A stretch of 64,000 bases of DNA. It comes from an uncultured Solirubrobacteraceae bacterium. GTDB lineage: Bacteria; Actinomycetota; Thermoleophilia; Solirubrobacterales; Solirubrobacteraceae. Below the pieces are notes generated by a model. The model saw only the letters and a program-made list of their open reading frames with translations. It was not told the DNA's origin and made no database searches. A program made the translations under genes and the position numbers. Below are positions 18,992-29,206 of the stretch, piece after piece (positions within the stretch are counted from its first letter, which is position 1; each line of letters starts with the position of its first letter). The stretch lies in contig CAWCSS010000006.1 of NCBI GenBank assembly GCA_963798325.1, forward strand, positions 326,658 to 390,657, written 5' to 3'.

Positions 18992-21193
18992 GTGACCAGT
19001 GTGAAAGAGAAGAACTTCGCCGCCCGCATGGGCCGCTGGAGTGCAGAGAACCGCAAGAAGGCGATCTTCGGGTGGATCGCCTTCGTCATCGTCTCCTTCG
19101 TGATCGGCGGCGCCCTCGGCGTCAAGGCGCCCAAGGACGATCAGACCTACGTCGGCGACTCGGGCAAGGCCCACCAGCTCGTCGACCAGCACTTCCCGAC
19201 CGAGAACGTCGAGAGCATCATCGTCAAGGGTGCCGGCGGCGCTTCAAGCCCGGCCGTGAAGTCCGCGGTCGACGACACGATCGCCGCGATCTCGTCCAAG
19301 CCCGGGGTCTACGCGGTCGAGTCGCCCTTCGCCAAGGGCAACGAGTCGCAGATCTCCAAGGACGGCAAGTCCGTTCTCGTGAACTTCAAGCTGCGCGGCG
19401 ACGAGACCGCCGCCGAGGAGTCGGTGGCCGCGGTCCTGACCGCCGTCGATCGCGTGCAGGCGTCCAACCAGTCGGTGTTCGTGGGCGAGTTCGGCGGAGC
19501 GTCGGCCAACAAGGCGCTCTCGAAGGCCTTCGAGGACGACTTCAAGAAGGCCGAGACGCTCTCGCTGCCGATCACGCTGATCATCCTCGTGCTCGCCTTC
19601 GGCGCGCTCGTCGCCGCCGGCGTGCCGCTGCTGCTCGGCCTCTCCGCGGTGATGGCCACGCTCGGCCTGGTCGCGATCCCGTCGCAGTTCTTCCCGCTCG
19701 GCGACGACGTGGCCTCGATCGTGCTGCTCGTCGGCCTCGCCGTGGGGGTCGACTACACGCTCTTCTACCTGCGCCGTGAACGTGAGGAGCGCGCCAAGGG
19801 CGCCTCGCACCGCGACGCGATCCACACCGCCGCCGCGACCTCCGGCCGCGCGGTGCTGATCTCCGGCCTGACCGTGATGGTCGCCATGGCCGGCATGTTC
19901 CTCGCCGGCGATCAGACCTTCACGGCGCTCGGCGTCGGCGCGATCACCGTCGTGCTGGTGGCCATGATCGGCTCCGTGACCGTCGTCCCCGCCGTGCTGT
20001 CGGTGCTCGGCGATCGCGTCGAGAAGGGCCGCGTGCCGTTCCTGCACCGCGCCCGTCGCGCCGACGGCGAGAGCCGCTTCTGGAACGCGATCCTCAACGT
20101 CGTCCTGCGCCGCCCGGCGATCTCCGCGTCGCTGGCCGTCATCGCCCTGCTGGTCATGGCCTCGCCGGCCCTGAACATGCGCGCCGTGCTCTCCGGCACC
20201 GACGACCTGCCGCGCACGCTGCCGGTCATGCAGGTCTACGACCAGATCGACGCCGCCTTCCCGGGCGGGCAGATCCCGGCGGTCGTCACCATCTCCGGTG
20301 ACGACGTGACCTCGCCGGCCGTCGCCGCGTCGATCAAGGACCTGGAGCGGCGCGCCGTCGCCTCCGGCGGCTTCAACGCCCCGGTCGACGTGACTGTCTC
20401 CAAGGACAAGAAGGTCGCTCAGATCTCGATCCCGATCAAGGGCAACGGCAACGACGAGACGTCCAACACGGCGCTCGCCGACCTGCGCGACTCGCTGGTG
20501 CCGCAGACCGTCAAGCGCGCCGACGGCGTGTCCGGCGCGTACGTGGCCGGCATGACCGCCGAGACCAAGGACTACGTGAGCTTCCTCAAGGGCCGCGCGC
20601 CGCTGGTCGTCGCCTTCGTGCTGATCCTCGCCTTCGCGTTGCTGCTGGTCACGTTCCGCTCGATCGTCATCCCGATCAAGGCGATCATCCTGAACCTGCT
20701 GTCGGTGGGCGCGGCCTACGGCGTCCTGACCTGGGTCTTCCAGGACGGGCACTTCGAGAAGGCGCTCGGCTTCGAGTCCAACGGCGGCGTGACCGCCTGG
20801 CTGCCGATCTTCCTCTTCGTGATCCTCTTCGGGCTCTCGATGGACTACCACGTGTTCATCCTCAGCCGCGTCAAGGAAGCCGTCGACCGCGGCATGAAGA
20901 CCGAGGACGCCGTGGCGCACTCGATCAAGGCGACGGCCTCGACCGTGACCTCCGCCGCGATGGTGATGGTCGCCGTGTTCGGCATCTTCGCCACGCTGTC
21001 GTTCATCGACTTCAAGCAGATGGGCATCGGCCTCGCGGTCGCCATCTTCATCGATGCGACGCTGGTGCGGGCCGTCCTGCTGCCGGCAACGATGAAGCTG
21101 CTGGGCAAGTGGAACTGGTATCTGCCGTCGAAGCTGCACTGGCTGCCCGAGTTCCGCCACGAGGGCCCGACGCCGGAGCCGTCCGCCGCGTAG
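18992..21193 (+). CDS. MMPL-family RND transporter
   Basis: GLAVGVDY, SGRAVLISG, FGLSMDYHVF and DATLVR motifs; two TM clusters. Confidence 0.93.
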   Translation: MTSVKEKNFAARMGRWSAENRKKAIFGWIAFVIVSFVIGGALGVKAPKDDQTYVGDSGKAHQLVDQHFPTENVESIIVKGAGGASSPAVKSAVDDTIAAISSKPGVYAVESPFAKGNESQISKDGKSVLVNFKLRGDETAAEESVAAVLTAVDRVQASNQSVFVGEFGGASANKALSKAFEDDFKKAETLSLPITLIILVLAFGALVAAGVPLLLGLSAVMATLGLVAIPSQFFPLGDDVASIVLLVGLAVGVDYTLFYLRREREERAKGASHRDAIHTAAATSGRAVLISGLTVMVAMAGMFLAGDQTFTALGVGAITVVLVAMIGSVTVVPAVLSVLGDRVEKGRVPFLHRARRADGESRFWNAILNVVLRRPAISASLAVIALLVMASPALNMRAVLSGTDDLPRTLPVMQVYDQIDAAFPGGQIPAVVTISGDDVTSPAVAASIKDLERRAVASGGFNAPVDVTVSKDKKVAQISIPIKGNGNDETSNTALADLRDSLVPQTVKRADGVSGAYVAGMTAETKDYVSFLKGRAPLVVAFVLILAFALLLVTFRSIVIPIKAIILNLLSVGAAYGVLTWVFQDGHFEKALGFESNGGVTAWLPIFLFVILFGLSMDYHVFILSRVKEAVDRGMKTEDAVAHSIKATASTVTSAAMVMVAVFGIFATLSFIDFKQMGIGLAVAIFIDATLVRAVLLPATMKLLGKWNWYLPSKLHWLPEFRHEGPTPEPSAA

Positions 21194-21984
21194 CCCCGTA
21201 CGCCACACCGGTCGCCACGAGCGCCGTCCCCGCGAGGTCCGCGGGTGACGGCGCTCGGCCGTTAAGCAGGGCGTCGACGATGACCGCGGCAACCGGCATC
21301 AGGCCGACGAGCAGGCCGGCGCGGTCGGCGCCGAGGCGCTGGACGGCGCCGAACCAGAGCACGAAGGCGAGGGCGGTGGAGAGCAGCGCGAGGTAGAGGA
21401 TCGCTGCGGCCTCGGTGTGCGTCGGCGTCGGGAGGCTGCGGATGGATGACCGCGAGTTGGACGGTGGCGATCCAGGCCGCCCAGGCGGCGGTGCGGGTCG
21501 GGCCGAGGCGCGGCAGCAGCGGCGCGGCGAGCAGCGTGAAGCCGACCTCCGCGGCCAGCGCGCCGAGTGCGATCAGGAGCCCTGTCGAATTCAGGTTCGA
21601 GTCGGCGCCGTTGACGATCGTCGCGCCGATCACCACGGCGAGCGCGGGACCGAGCACGGCGCGGTTGCGCGCGGCCAGCGCGAGGATCACCGGCGACGCG
21701 CCGACGAGCACGCCGACGTTGGTCGCGCCGATCCGGTCGACGGCGGCGAGGATCGCGAGGTTGAAGCCGGTCATGCCGACGGCGGCGACGGCGAACAGGA
21801 GCGCGAACTCTCGTGGCGTCGGCTTCCCGAGGCGCCCCCTCAGGATCGCCGTCAGAACCAGCGCGCCCAGCGCGTAGCGGATGCTCTGCCCCGCCGCGTA
21901 CGGGTAGCCGACCAGCGCCTGGCTGACCGGAAACGACGCGCCGACGATGATCGTCGCGATCGCGCCTCTGAGCCATCCGTTCAT
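21048..21984 (-). pseudogene. EamA/DMT transporter with a frameshift near 21440; true 3' end uncertain (probably near 21190)
   Basis: MNGWLRGA... TM helices continue in another frame as LWFGAVQRLGADRAGLLVGLMPV; divergent from MocR regulator. Confidence 0.75.
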
Positions 21985-22032
21985 GCCGCGGCACGCTAGG
22001 CGAGCACTGGCCCGGGTGTAAGGTCCAGAATC

Positions 22033-23454
22033 GTGCGTCTGGACCAGGCCAGAGAGGTGCTCGTGCGGCTGGAGCGGGGAGCCGGACCACTCCAGCGCCA
22101 GGTCGAGGACCAGCTCCGCGCGGGCATCCGCTCGGGAGCGCTCGTGGCCGGCGAGCGCCTGCCGTCCTCGCGAGTGCTCGCGGCGGACCTGAGCGTGTCG
22201 CGAGGCGTCATCAGCGACGCCTACGCGCAACTGGCGGCCGAAGGCTGGCTCGTCATCGCCCCCCGCTCCGGCCCCCGAGTGGCCCCCGCCAACCTAAAGG
22301 GGACAGTCCCCTTTAGGTTCGGGGCGGCCTCGCTGGCGGCTTCGGAGGCCGAGGCAAACCTAAAGGGGACAGGCCCCTTTAGGTACGATTTAAGGCCTGG
22401 GCGGCCTGATCTCTCGCGGTTTCCGCGGGCCGACTGGTTGCGGTCGCTGAGCGTGGCCGTGCGCGGGGCGGGCGATGCCGAGCTCGACTATCCGCCGCTG
22501 GAGGGGGTGCCGCGGCTGCGGTCGGTGCTCGCGGCGTACCGGGGGCGGGTGCGGGGGACGCTGGCGGGGCCGGAGGACGTGCTCGTCTGTCTCGGCGCGG
22601 CGCAGGCGACGATCACGCTGGCGGTTGCGCTGGCTCCCGCGCGGATCGCCGTGGAGGACCCGGGGCACATCGGCATCCGTGAGCTGTTGCGGGTGCGTGG
22701 GCTGGAGCCGGTGCCGACCCGCGTCGACGAGCAGGGCATCGTCGTCGCCGAGCTTGCAGATGACGCTCGCGCGGTGCTCGTCACGCCCGCGCATCAGTTC
22801 CCGACGGGCGTGGTGATGTCCGCCGAGCGGCGCGCGGAGCTGCTGCGCTGGGCGCAGGAGCGTGGTGCGCTGATCATCGAGGACGACTACGACGCCGAGT
22901 ACCGCTACGACCGCGCTCCGGTCGGCGCGCTGCAGGGGTTGCGGCCGGACCTCGTGGCGCACATCGGGTCGGTCTCGAAGACGCTCGCGCCGGCGCTGCG
23001 GCTCGGCTGGCTGATCATGCCGCCGCCGTGGCGGGAGCGCCTCGTCGCCGCCCGCGAAGGCCTTGACCACGGGCTGCCCGCGCTCGACCAGCACGCGCTC
23101 GCGGACTTCATCGAGCGCGGCGCCTACGACCGCCACATCCGCCGTTCCGCCCGCGCGTATCGGCGACGAAGAGACGCTCTGCTCGAAGCGCTCTCCCGCG
23201 AGCTGCCCGATGCCCACGTGGGCGGCGCCGCGGCCGGGTTGCACGTCGCGGTCGAGGTGCCCGGCGCGGACGAGGCCGCGTTGGTCGCCGCGTGCCGGGC
23301 GAACGGCCTGATCGTCGAGGGCGCCGGTCCCCACGGCGGGACCGTCCCGACGCTGCTGATCAGCTTCGCCGCCGTGCCCGACGCGGCCGCCGGGCACGTC
23401 GCGCGGCTGATCGCGTCCGCGGCGCGAGCGATGTCTTGGTCAACCGCTGGTTGA
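22033..23454 (+). CDS. MocR/GabR-family GntR-PLP transcriptional regulator
   Basis: GERLPSSR HTH; TPAHQFPTG, IIEDDYDAEYRY and GSVSKTLAPALRLG. Confidence 0.93.
   Translation: MRLDQAREVLVRLERGAGPLQRQVEDQLRAGIRSGALVAGERLPSSRVLAADLSVSRGVISDAYAQLAAEGWLVIAPRSGPRVAPANLKGTVPFRFGAASLAASEAEANLKGTGPFRYDLRPGRPDLSRFPRADWLRSLSVAVRGAGDAELDYPPLEGVPRLRSVLAAYRGRVRGTLAGPEDVLVCLGAAQATITLAVALAPARIAVEDPGHIGIRELLRVRGLEPVPTRVDEQGIVVAELADDARAVLVTPAHQFPTGVVMSAERRAELLRWAQERGALIIEDDYDAEYRYDRAPVGALQGLRPDLVAHIGSVSKTLAPALRLGWLIMPPPWRERLVAAREGLDHGLPALDQHALADFIERGAYDRHIRRSARAYRRRRDALLEALSRELPDAHVGGAAAGLHVAVEVPGADEAALVAACRANGLIVEGAGPHGGTVPTLLISFAAVPDAAAGHVARLIASAARAMSWSTAG
22291..22319. repeat. Palindromic REP-like repeat, copy 1 (in-frame in MocR)
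   Basis: AACCTAAAGGGGAC-A-GTCCCCTTTAGGTT, perfect 14-bp arms. Confidence 0.85.
22358..22384. repeat. Palindromic REP-like repeat, copy 2 (in-frame in MocR)
   Basis: ACCTAAAGGGGACAGGCCCCTTTAGGT. Confidence 0.85.
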
Positions 23455-23479
23455 CCAAGTCGACACTCGTGGGCGTCGC

Positions 23480-23983
23480 TCAGCGCTCGGAGACGACCTC
23501 GGCGAACGGGCGCCGGTCGGCGCGCTCGATCCACAACTGCGCGCTGCGGCGCTCGGGGTCGCCGGCGCGGATCGGGTAGCCGAAGGACAGGATCGTCGCG
23601 ACCTGCTCGCCCTCGCCCGCGCCGGCCACAGCGGCGGCGGCGTCCGCGTCGGAGAGGCCGTTCGGGCAGGAGCCGACGCCGTCGTTGTGGGCGGCGAGCA
23701 GCATGTTCTGGGCGGCGCGGCCGGCGTCGAGGCCGAGCGGGCCCTTGCCCGAGACGACGATCGCCACCACCAGCGCGGCGCCGCGGACGTTCTCGGGCGA
23801 GTAGACGACCTGCGCGACGGCGTCGTGGTCGCGCAGGACGACGAAGCGGCGCTGCTGGCGATTGCGCGAGCTTCCGGAGAGGCGGCCGGCCTCGAGGATG
23901 CGGCGCTTGACGTCCTCCGGCAGCGGGCGGGCGTCATACGCGCGCACCTCGCGCCGCGAGACGATGGCGAGGAAGGCGTCCAT
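23480..23983 (-). CDS. Nitroreductase-family protein
   Basis: SRREVRAY, GSSRNRQ, DAGRAAQNM, GVGSC and FGYP. Confidence 0.9.
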   Translation of the reverse strand: MDAFLAIVSRREVRAYDARPLPEDVKRRILEAGRLSGSSRNRQQRRFVVLRDHDAVAQVVYSPENVRGAALVVAIVVSGKGPLGLDAGRAAQNMLLAAHNDGVGSCPNGLSDADAAAAVAGAGEGEQVATILSFGYPIRAGDPERRSAQLWIERADRRPFAEVVSER

Positions 23984-23993
23984 CCCCCAGACC

Positions 23994-25780
23994 TTACGGC
24001 GCGGGCAGCGACAGGACGGAGTCGCCGATGCGGGCGGTGGCGAGCGGCGAGGCCTGCGACCACTGCAGCGAGATGCCGTTGACGGTCGCGTCGACGACGC
24101 CCGAGGCGGGGTTCCAGATCGCGTTGCCGATGAGTGAGAGGTCGTTGACGAAGCGGATGCCGGTGAGCTTGAACTCGAGCGCCGCGCCGCGCTCGCTGAC
24201 CGTGAACTCGCCGCCGCGCAGGCCCGGGCCGCGCCTGGCGGCGGAGTAGATCCGGCGGGTGATCGCGTCGCCGACGGCCTCGGCGGCGACGGTCACCACA
24301 CGCCGGCATGGTCTCGCTCGGATCAGGACCGGAGACGAGCGTGGCCGGCGTGGCCTCGGCGAGCGTGAGCGGATAGCCGCTCGGCGTGTGCACCCGCGGG
24401 ATCGTCTCGCCGCAGGCCCCGTCGAGCGCGCCGCGCAGGAACGAGCGGATCACGCGCCGCGCGCAGCGCTTGCCCTCGACCAGGTAGTTGTCGCCCTCCG
24501 ACGTCACATGGACGGTGTTGCGCAGCGTGACGACGCTGACGTTCGCGCCGACCGCGCGGGCGATCTCCGGGGCGTCCGACACCGGTGTGAGCGAGTCGAG
24601 GTCGCCGCCGACGATCAGCACCGGAACCGACGCCGGCAGCGGACGGTCCGGCACCGGCGGCGTCGCCTTCGTGCGCGGCCAGCGCGAGCAGAGGTCGTAC
24701 GGCTGCGTGAAGCCGCTCACGGTCGTCCACTCGGCGGGCGTGAACGGCGCGAAGACGTCCGGCGCGCGGCCCCGACGCCTGTGGATAGTCGGCACACGAC
24801 ACGGCGAGGTACTGGCCGCGCGAGAAGTACGCGGCGTCGCCGGGCGAGTGGTTCCAGGTGTTCGACTGGCCGGCGAGCCGCAGCAGCGGCACCGTGTCGC
24901 CCGCCAGCGCGGCGCGCATGGACGCATCGAGCTCGCGGTAGATCACGGGGTCCGAGCCCGCGTCCTGCACGAGGTCGGTGAGCGCGCGCGGGCCGACGGT
25001 CACGCCGGTCAGCGGCGTGCCCGGCGCGTCGATCGTGTCGCCCCTGATCGGCCGGACCCGGACCCGTTCGAGCAGCGCGCTCAGTCGCGCGACCGACCCG
25101 GGCGAGACGATCTCCAGCGCGGCACGCGCATCGTCGCCGCGGAGGACCGGTACCACGGGTCGATGTCGTGACGCGGATAGGTCGAGTCGAGGATCAGCGA
25201 GTGCAGCACCCGCGGGTGGCGGGCGGCGAAGTCCTGCGCGAACCAGCTCCCGTAGGAATCGCCGTAGAGGTCGACCTTCGGCAGCTTCAACGCGCGGATG
25301 ACGGCGGCGAGATCGTCGACCGCGTACGCGGTGGCGAACAGGCCCGACGCGCCGCGGCCGAAGCGGCGGTCGATCGTCCGCGCGCAGCGACGCGCACGTC
25401 GCGGCGAACGCCGGCCCGCTCGTGCGCCCGGCGTAGCCCTGGACACCCGGGCAGTCGATCAGCCCGCTGTCGCCCGTCCCGCGGTTGTCGACCAGCAGCA
25501 GGTCACGGTGCTCGAGCAGCGGCCCGAAGATCCCGCGGTACTCGTAACGAGATCCGGTCGACGGGTAGCCGGGCCCGCCCTCGACGGCCACGATCGGTGG
25601 GAGCGTCGGCTTCGGAGCGCGATACCAGCGAAACGCGATCCCGATCGTCCGCCCGTTGCCGAGCGGCCGCTTGATCGTCCCGCACACGGCGCCGCCGCAG
25701 CGGTGCACGTCGACGGCCTGCGCCGGCGGGACGAAGAGCCCACCGGCGAGGACCGTCGCCACCACGATCCACCGCCTCAT
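23994..25780 (-). pseudogene. Secreted alpha/beta hydrolase (TAP-like peptidase) broken by several frameshifts
   Basis: Signal peptide MRRWIVV; EGGPGY, DNRGTG, GDSYG and GDLDSLTP lie in different frames. Confidence 0.8.
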
Positions 25781-25797
25781 GCGGCGGATCGTACGCG

Positions 25798-26943
25798 CTA
25801 GCTGAGCGCCATGTTCGGCTCGCCCTTGGCGTTGAGGCCGGTTCCGCGCGAGCAGTACCCGCCGTGCGACGCGCCGCCGGCGTAGGCCTGGCGGAAGCAG
25901 TTGCGCAGCGCGAGCTGGCCCCAGTAGTTCGGGTGCCCGTCCTCCTGCAGCTGGTAGGGCGGGAAGAGCGTCGACACGGTGCGGATCTGCTGCACCCACT
26001 CGCTCTTGTCGACCGCGCCCGGCGACTGCCAGTTGGAGACGCCCTTTTCCTCGAGCAGCCCGACGGTGTTCTCGCACAGGCGACGGCCGGCGAGCGCGTT
26101 GGTCATGTCCAGGACCGGGATGCCGACGGCGGCGGCCGCGCCGCGGATCGAGTTGTTGAACGCCTCCACGACCGTGTTGCGCGACCAGTTGACGTCGCTG
26201 TTCCAGACGCCGCAGCCGCCGATCGTCTGGCGCGTGAAGCCGGTCTCGGGGTAGCGCATCCCGCCCGAGGTCGGCAGCGGCGCCGAGTAGGTCTGCGCGA
26301 TCAGCTTGTAGGAGTTCGCGCCGTAGCCGGCGTTGGCCATCGCCGTCTTGATGTTGTTGAACGCGCCCGTGATCTGGCTGGTGATCAGCGCCTTGTTGGC
26401 AGCGGTGAACCGCGAGGCGATGTCCGAGTCGTCCTGGCAGTAGTTCTTCCACCACGACGGCGACGTCAGCCAGTCGAGCACGCACGCCTGCACGATGTCG
26501 GCGAACCCGTAGTTGTTCGCTCCGATCAGCACCACGATCGTCTTGATGTTCTTGTTCGTCGTCGCCAGCGTCTGCAGCCGCTGGACCTGGCTGTTGGCCG
26601 CGAAGTCCAGGCCCGGCTTGAACGCGCCGTCGCTGGTGCGGGTGTACGTCCGCGCTCCCGAGCAGGCCAGGTTCACGCTCTGCACGCCGTCGCCGATGTG
26701 CACCTCGGCCGACTTGGAGCGATGACACCCGGGCGTCGACTCCGCGCCGGAAACGTCGTTGTACGCCGATGCGCCCAGCGCATCGGTCTTCGACGACGAC
26801 TGGTTGGTGTTCCCGGCCCAGCGGCCGGCCTCGCCGGAGATGGCGGAATCACCCATCGAGACGACGGTCGGCGGCGTCTGCGCCGCGGCCGTCGACGGCA
26901 GGACGACCGCCGCGGCCACTGCCAGCAAGAGTGCTCTCCTCAT
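25798..26943 (-). CDS. Secreted SGNH/GDSL hydrolase
   Basis: Signal peptide; MGDSAISGE, NLACSGA, IGANN and DGHPN. Confidence 0.88.
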   Translation of the reverse strand: MRRALLLAVAAAVVLPSTAAAQTPPTVVSMGDSAISGEAGRWAGNTNQSSSKTDALGASAYNDVSGAESTPGCHRSKSAEVHIGDGVQSVNLACSGARTYTRTSDGAFKPGLDFAANSQVQRLQTLATTNKNIKTIVVLIGANNYGFADIVQACVLDWLTSPSWWKNYCQDDSDIASRFTAANKALITSQITGAFNNIKTAMANAGYGANSYKLIAQTYSAPLPTSGGMRYPETGFTRQTIGGCGVWNSDVNWSRNTVVEAFNNSIRGAAAAVGIPVLDMTNALAGRRLCENTVGLLEEKGVSNWQSPGAVDKSEWVQQIRTVSTLFPPYQLQEDGHPNYWGQLALRNCFRQAYAGGASHGGYCSRGTGLNAKGEPNMALS

Positions 26944-27106
26944 TCGGCGAATCAGATCACGCCGCGTTTGGTGAAAGCTTGGTGGGCCGATGCGCCGATT
27001 TTCGACCGAGCATCTGGTCGTTCTCGCCTCACGGCGGCGCGTGTCACGGTCACCGTCCGCGCCGTTGCGCCGAAGGCCCACTTCGCGCGGTTGGCAAGAT
27101 TGGCGC

Positions 27107-28303
27107 GTGCTCAACGTCGAGATCGACCCGCAAGAGGCGGGCTTTGATGCGCAGCGCCTGTCGCGCATCGACCGTCACTACGCCCGCTACGTGGACGAAG
27201 GGAAGCTGCCCGGCTACCTGTGCGTGATCGCCCGCGACGGGCGCGTGGTCCACGTGGCCAAGGGCGGCCGGCGCGACGTCGAGCAGGACCTCCCCGTGAC
27301 CGACGACACGCTGTGGCGCATCTACTCGATGACCAAGCCGATCACCTCGGTGGCGGCGATGATGCTCTGGGAGGAGGGTGCGTTCGAGCTCAAGGACCCG
27401 GTGGCGAAGTTCATCCCGGCGTTCGCGGACTCGCGGGTGTGGGCGGGCGGGAGCCAGCAGCGGCCGCTGACCCGCGCGGCGATCGAGCCGGTGCGGATGT
27501 GGCACCTGCTCACGCACACCAGCGGGCTCACGTACGGGTTCCACTACGCGCACCCGCTCAACGGCGTCTATCGCGATCACGGCTTCGAGTTCGGGACGCC
27601 GCCCGGGATGGACCTCTCGCAGGCGGTGCACGCCTGGGCGGCACTGCCGCTGCTGTTCGAGCCCGGCACGGAGTTCAACTACAGCGTCTCCACCGACGTC
27701 CTCGGCCACGCCGTCGAGGTCATCTCCGGGCAGTCGCTGGACGACTTCCTCCGGGAGCGCATCCTCGGCCCGCTGGGCATGCTCGACACCGCGTTCTCCG
27801 CCGTCGACGCCGACCGGCTGGCGGCGCTCTATGGCCCTGGGCTGGTGCGCAACGACCGCATGGGGCAGGCCGCGCTGCAGCCGCCCGCGTTCCTGTCGGG
27901 CGGCGGCGGGCTGGTGTCGACCGCGGCCGACTACCACCGCTTCACGACCATGCTCGTCAATGACGGCACGCCGCTGCTCGCGCCCCGTACGCTGCGCTAC
28001 ATGGCCCGCAACCACCTGCCCGGCGGAGCCGAGCTGAAGGCCGTCGCCCGGCCGACCATCTCGGAGACCCAGAACGACGGCATGGGCTTCGGGCTCGGCT
28101 TCTCCGTCGTGCTGGACCCGCCGGCGACGAAGGTCCTCTGCGCTCCCGGCGAGATCGCCTGGGGCGGGCTGGCGAGCACGGCGTTCTTCGTCGACCGCGA
28201 GTCGCGGGTCAGCGTCCAGTTCTTCACGCAGATGGCGCCGTCGAGCACCTACCCGCTGCGCTCGCAGCTGCGCAACCTCGTCTACCAGGCGATGGTCGAC
28301 TGA
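27107..28303 (+). CDS. Serine hydrolase, beta-lactamase family
   Basis: SMTK, LLTHTSGL, FNYS, GGGGLVST and WGG. Confidence 0.92.
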   Translation: MLNVEIDPQEAGFDAQRLSRIDRHYARYVDEGKLPGYLCVIARDGRVVHVAKGGRRDVEQDLPVTDDTLWRIYSMTKPITSVAAMMLWEEGAFELKDPVAKFIPAFADSRVWAGGSQQRPLTRAAIEPVRMWHLLTHTSGLTYGFHYAHPLNGVYRDHGFEFGTPPGMDLSQAVHAWAALPLLFEPGTEFNYSVSTDVLGHAVEVISGQSLDDFLRERILGPLGMLDTAFSAVDADRLAALYGPGLVRNDRMGQAALQPPAFLSGGGGLVSTAADYHRFTTMLVNDGTPLLAPRTLRYMARNHLPGGAELKAVARPTISETQNDGMGFGLGFSVVLDPPATKVLCAPGEIAWGGLASTAFFVDRESRVSVQFFTQMAPSSTYPLRSQLRNLVYQAMVD

Positions 28304-29019
28304 TGCACGCCAAGCTCGTCGGCGTCCCCGGCTCGCACCCCTGCATCAGCGCCGAGCTGATGCTCGGCTACAAGGGCATCGAGTTCAGCCGGTTCGATCT
28401 CCCGAACATGACGCACAAGGCCATCCTGCCGCTCATGCGCTACCGCGGCAGCACGGTCCCGGTGATGACGATCGACGGCAGGCGGGTGAGCGGGACGATG
28501 AAGATCGCCCGCGCGCTGGAGGTCCTGCGGCCGGAGCCGCCGTTGTTCGGCGACGAGTCCGTGGAGAGCGCCGAGGCGTGGGCGGACTCGGTGCTCCAGG
28601 ACGGCGTGCGCCAGCTCGCGCGCTACGCGATCGGCCAGGACAAGGCGTCGATGGCCACCTTCCTGCACGCGCCCATGCTGGGCATCCCGACGAACCTGGT
28701 GAGGAAGTCGATCCCGGTGCTCTATCCGGTCGTCTCGCGCCAGATGCGCCCGAAGCCGGGCACGGCCGAGGCCTGCCTGGCCGCACTCCCGGCGCAGCTG
28801 GACCGCGTCGACGCGCTGCTGGCCGAGGGCGTGATCGGGGGCCCGAGACCCAATGCCGCCGACTTCCAGGTCGCGCCGAGCGTGCGCCTGATGCTCAACT
28901 TCGATCAGCTGCGCGAGCACGTCGAGGGACGCCCCGCCGGCCGGCATGCGCTGGAGCTCGTGCCGGACTATCCGGGCCGGTTCCGGGAGGTCTTCCCGTC
29001 CGCCTGGCTGCCGTTCTAG
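28303..29019 (+). CDS. Glutathione S-transferase-like protein
   Basis: SHPC, TVPV and PNAADF motifs; TGATG coupling to the upstream gene. Confidence 0.75.
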   Translation: MHAKLVGVPGSHPCISAELMLGYKGIEFSRFDLPNMTHKAILPLMRYRGSTVPVMTIDGRRVSGTMKIARALEVLRPEPPLFGDESVESAEAWADSVLQDGVRQLARYAIGQDKASMATFLHAPMLGIPTNLVRKSIPVLYPVVSRQMRPKPGTAEACLAALPAQLDRVDALLAEGVIGGPRPNAADFQVAPSVRLMLNFDQLREHVEGRPAGRHALELVPDYPGRFREVFPSAWLPF

Positions 29020-29206
29020 AGCTCTCGGGCGCCATCCGCCAGGCCGGCGAGCACCGCTGCGTCCATTGACGGCGCAACGGCATCGCCCATGAGTCGAGGA
29101 CGGCTCGGACCGCGTGTCCAATGCAGGAGCGTCCGATGAGAGATTGAGTTGGCTCCGGACCCCTGCCGGTTCGAGGGGTAGGTCTTCTTGAGAGGGGCTA
29201 TACGTC

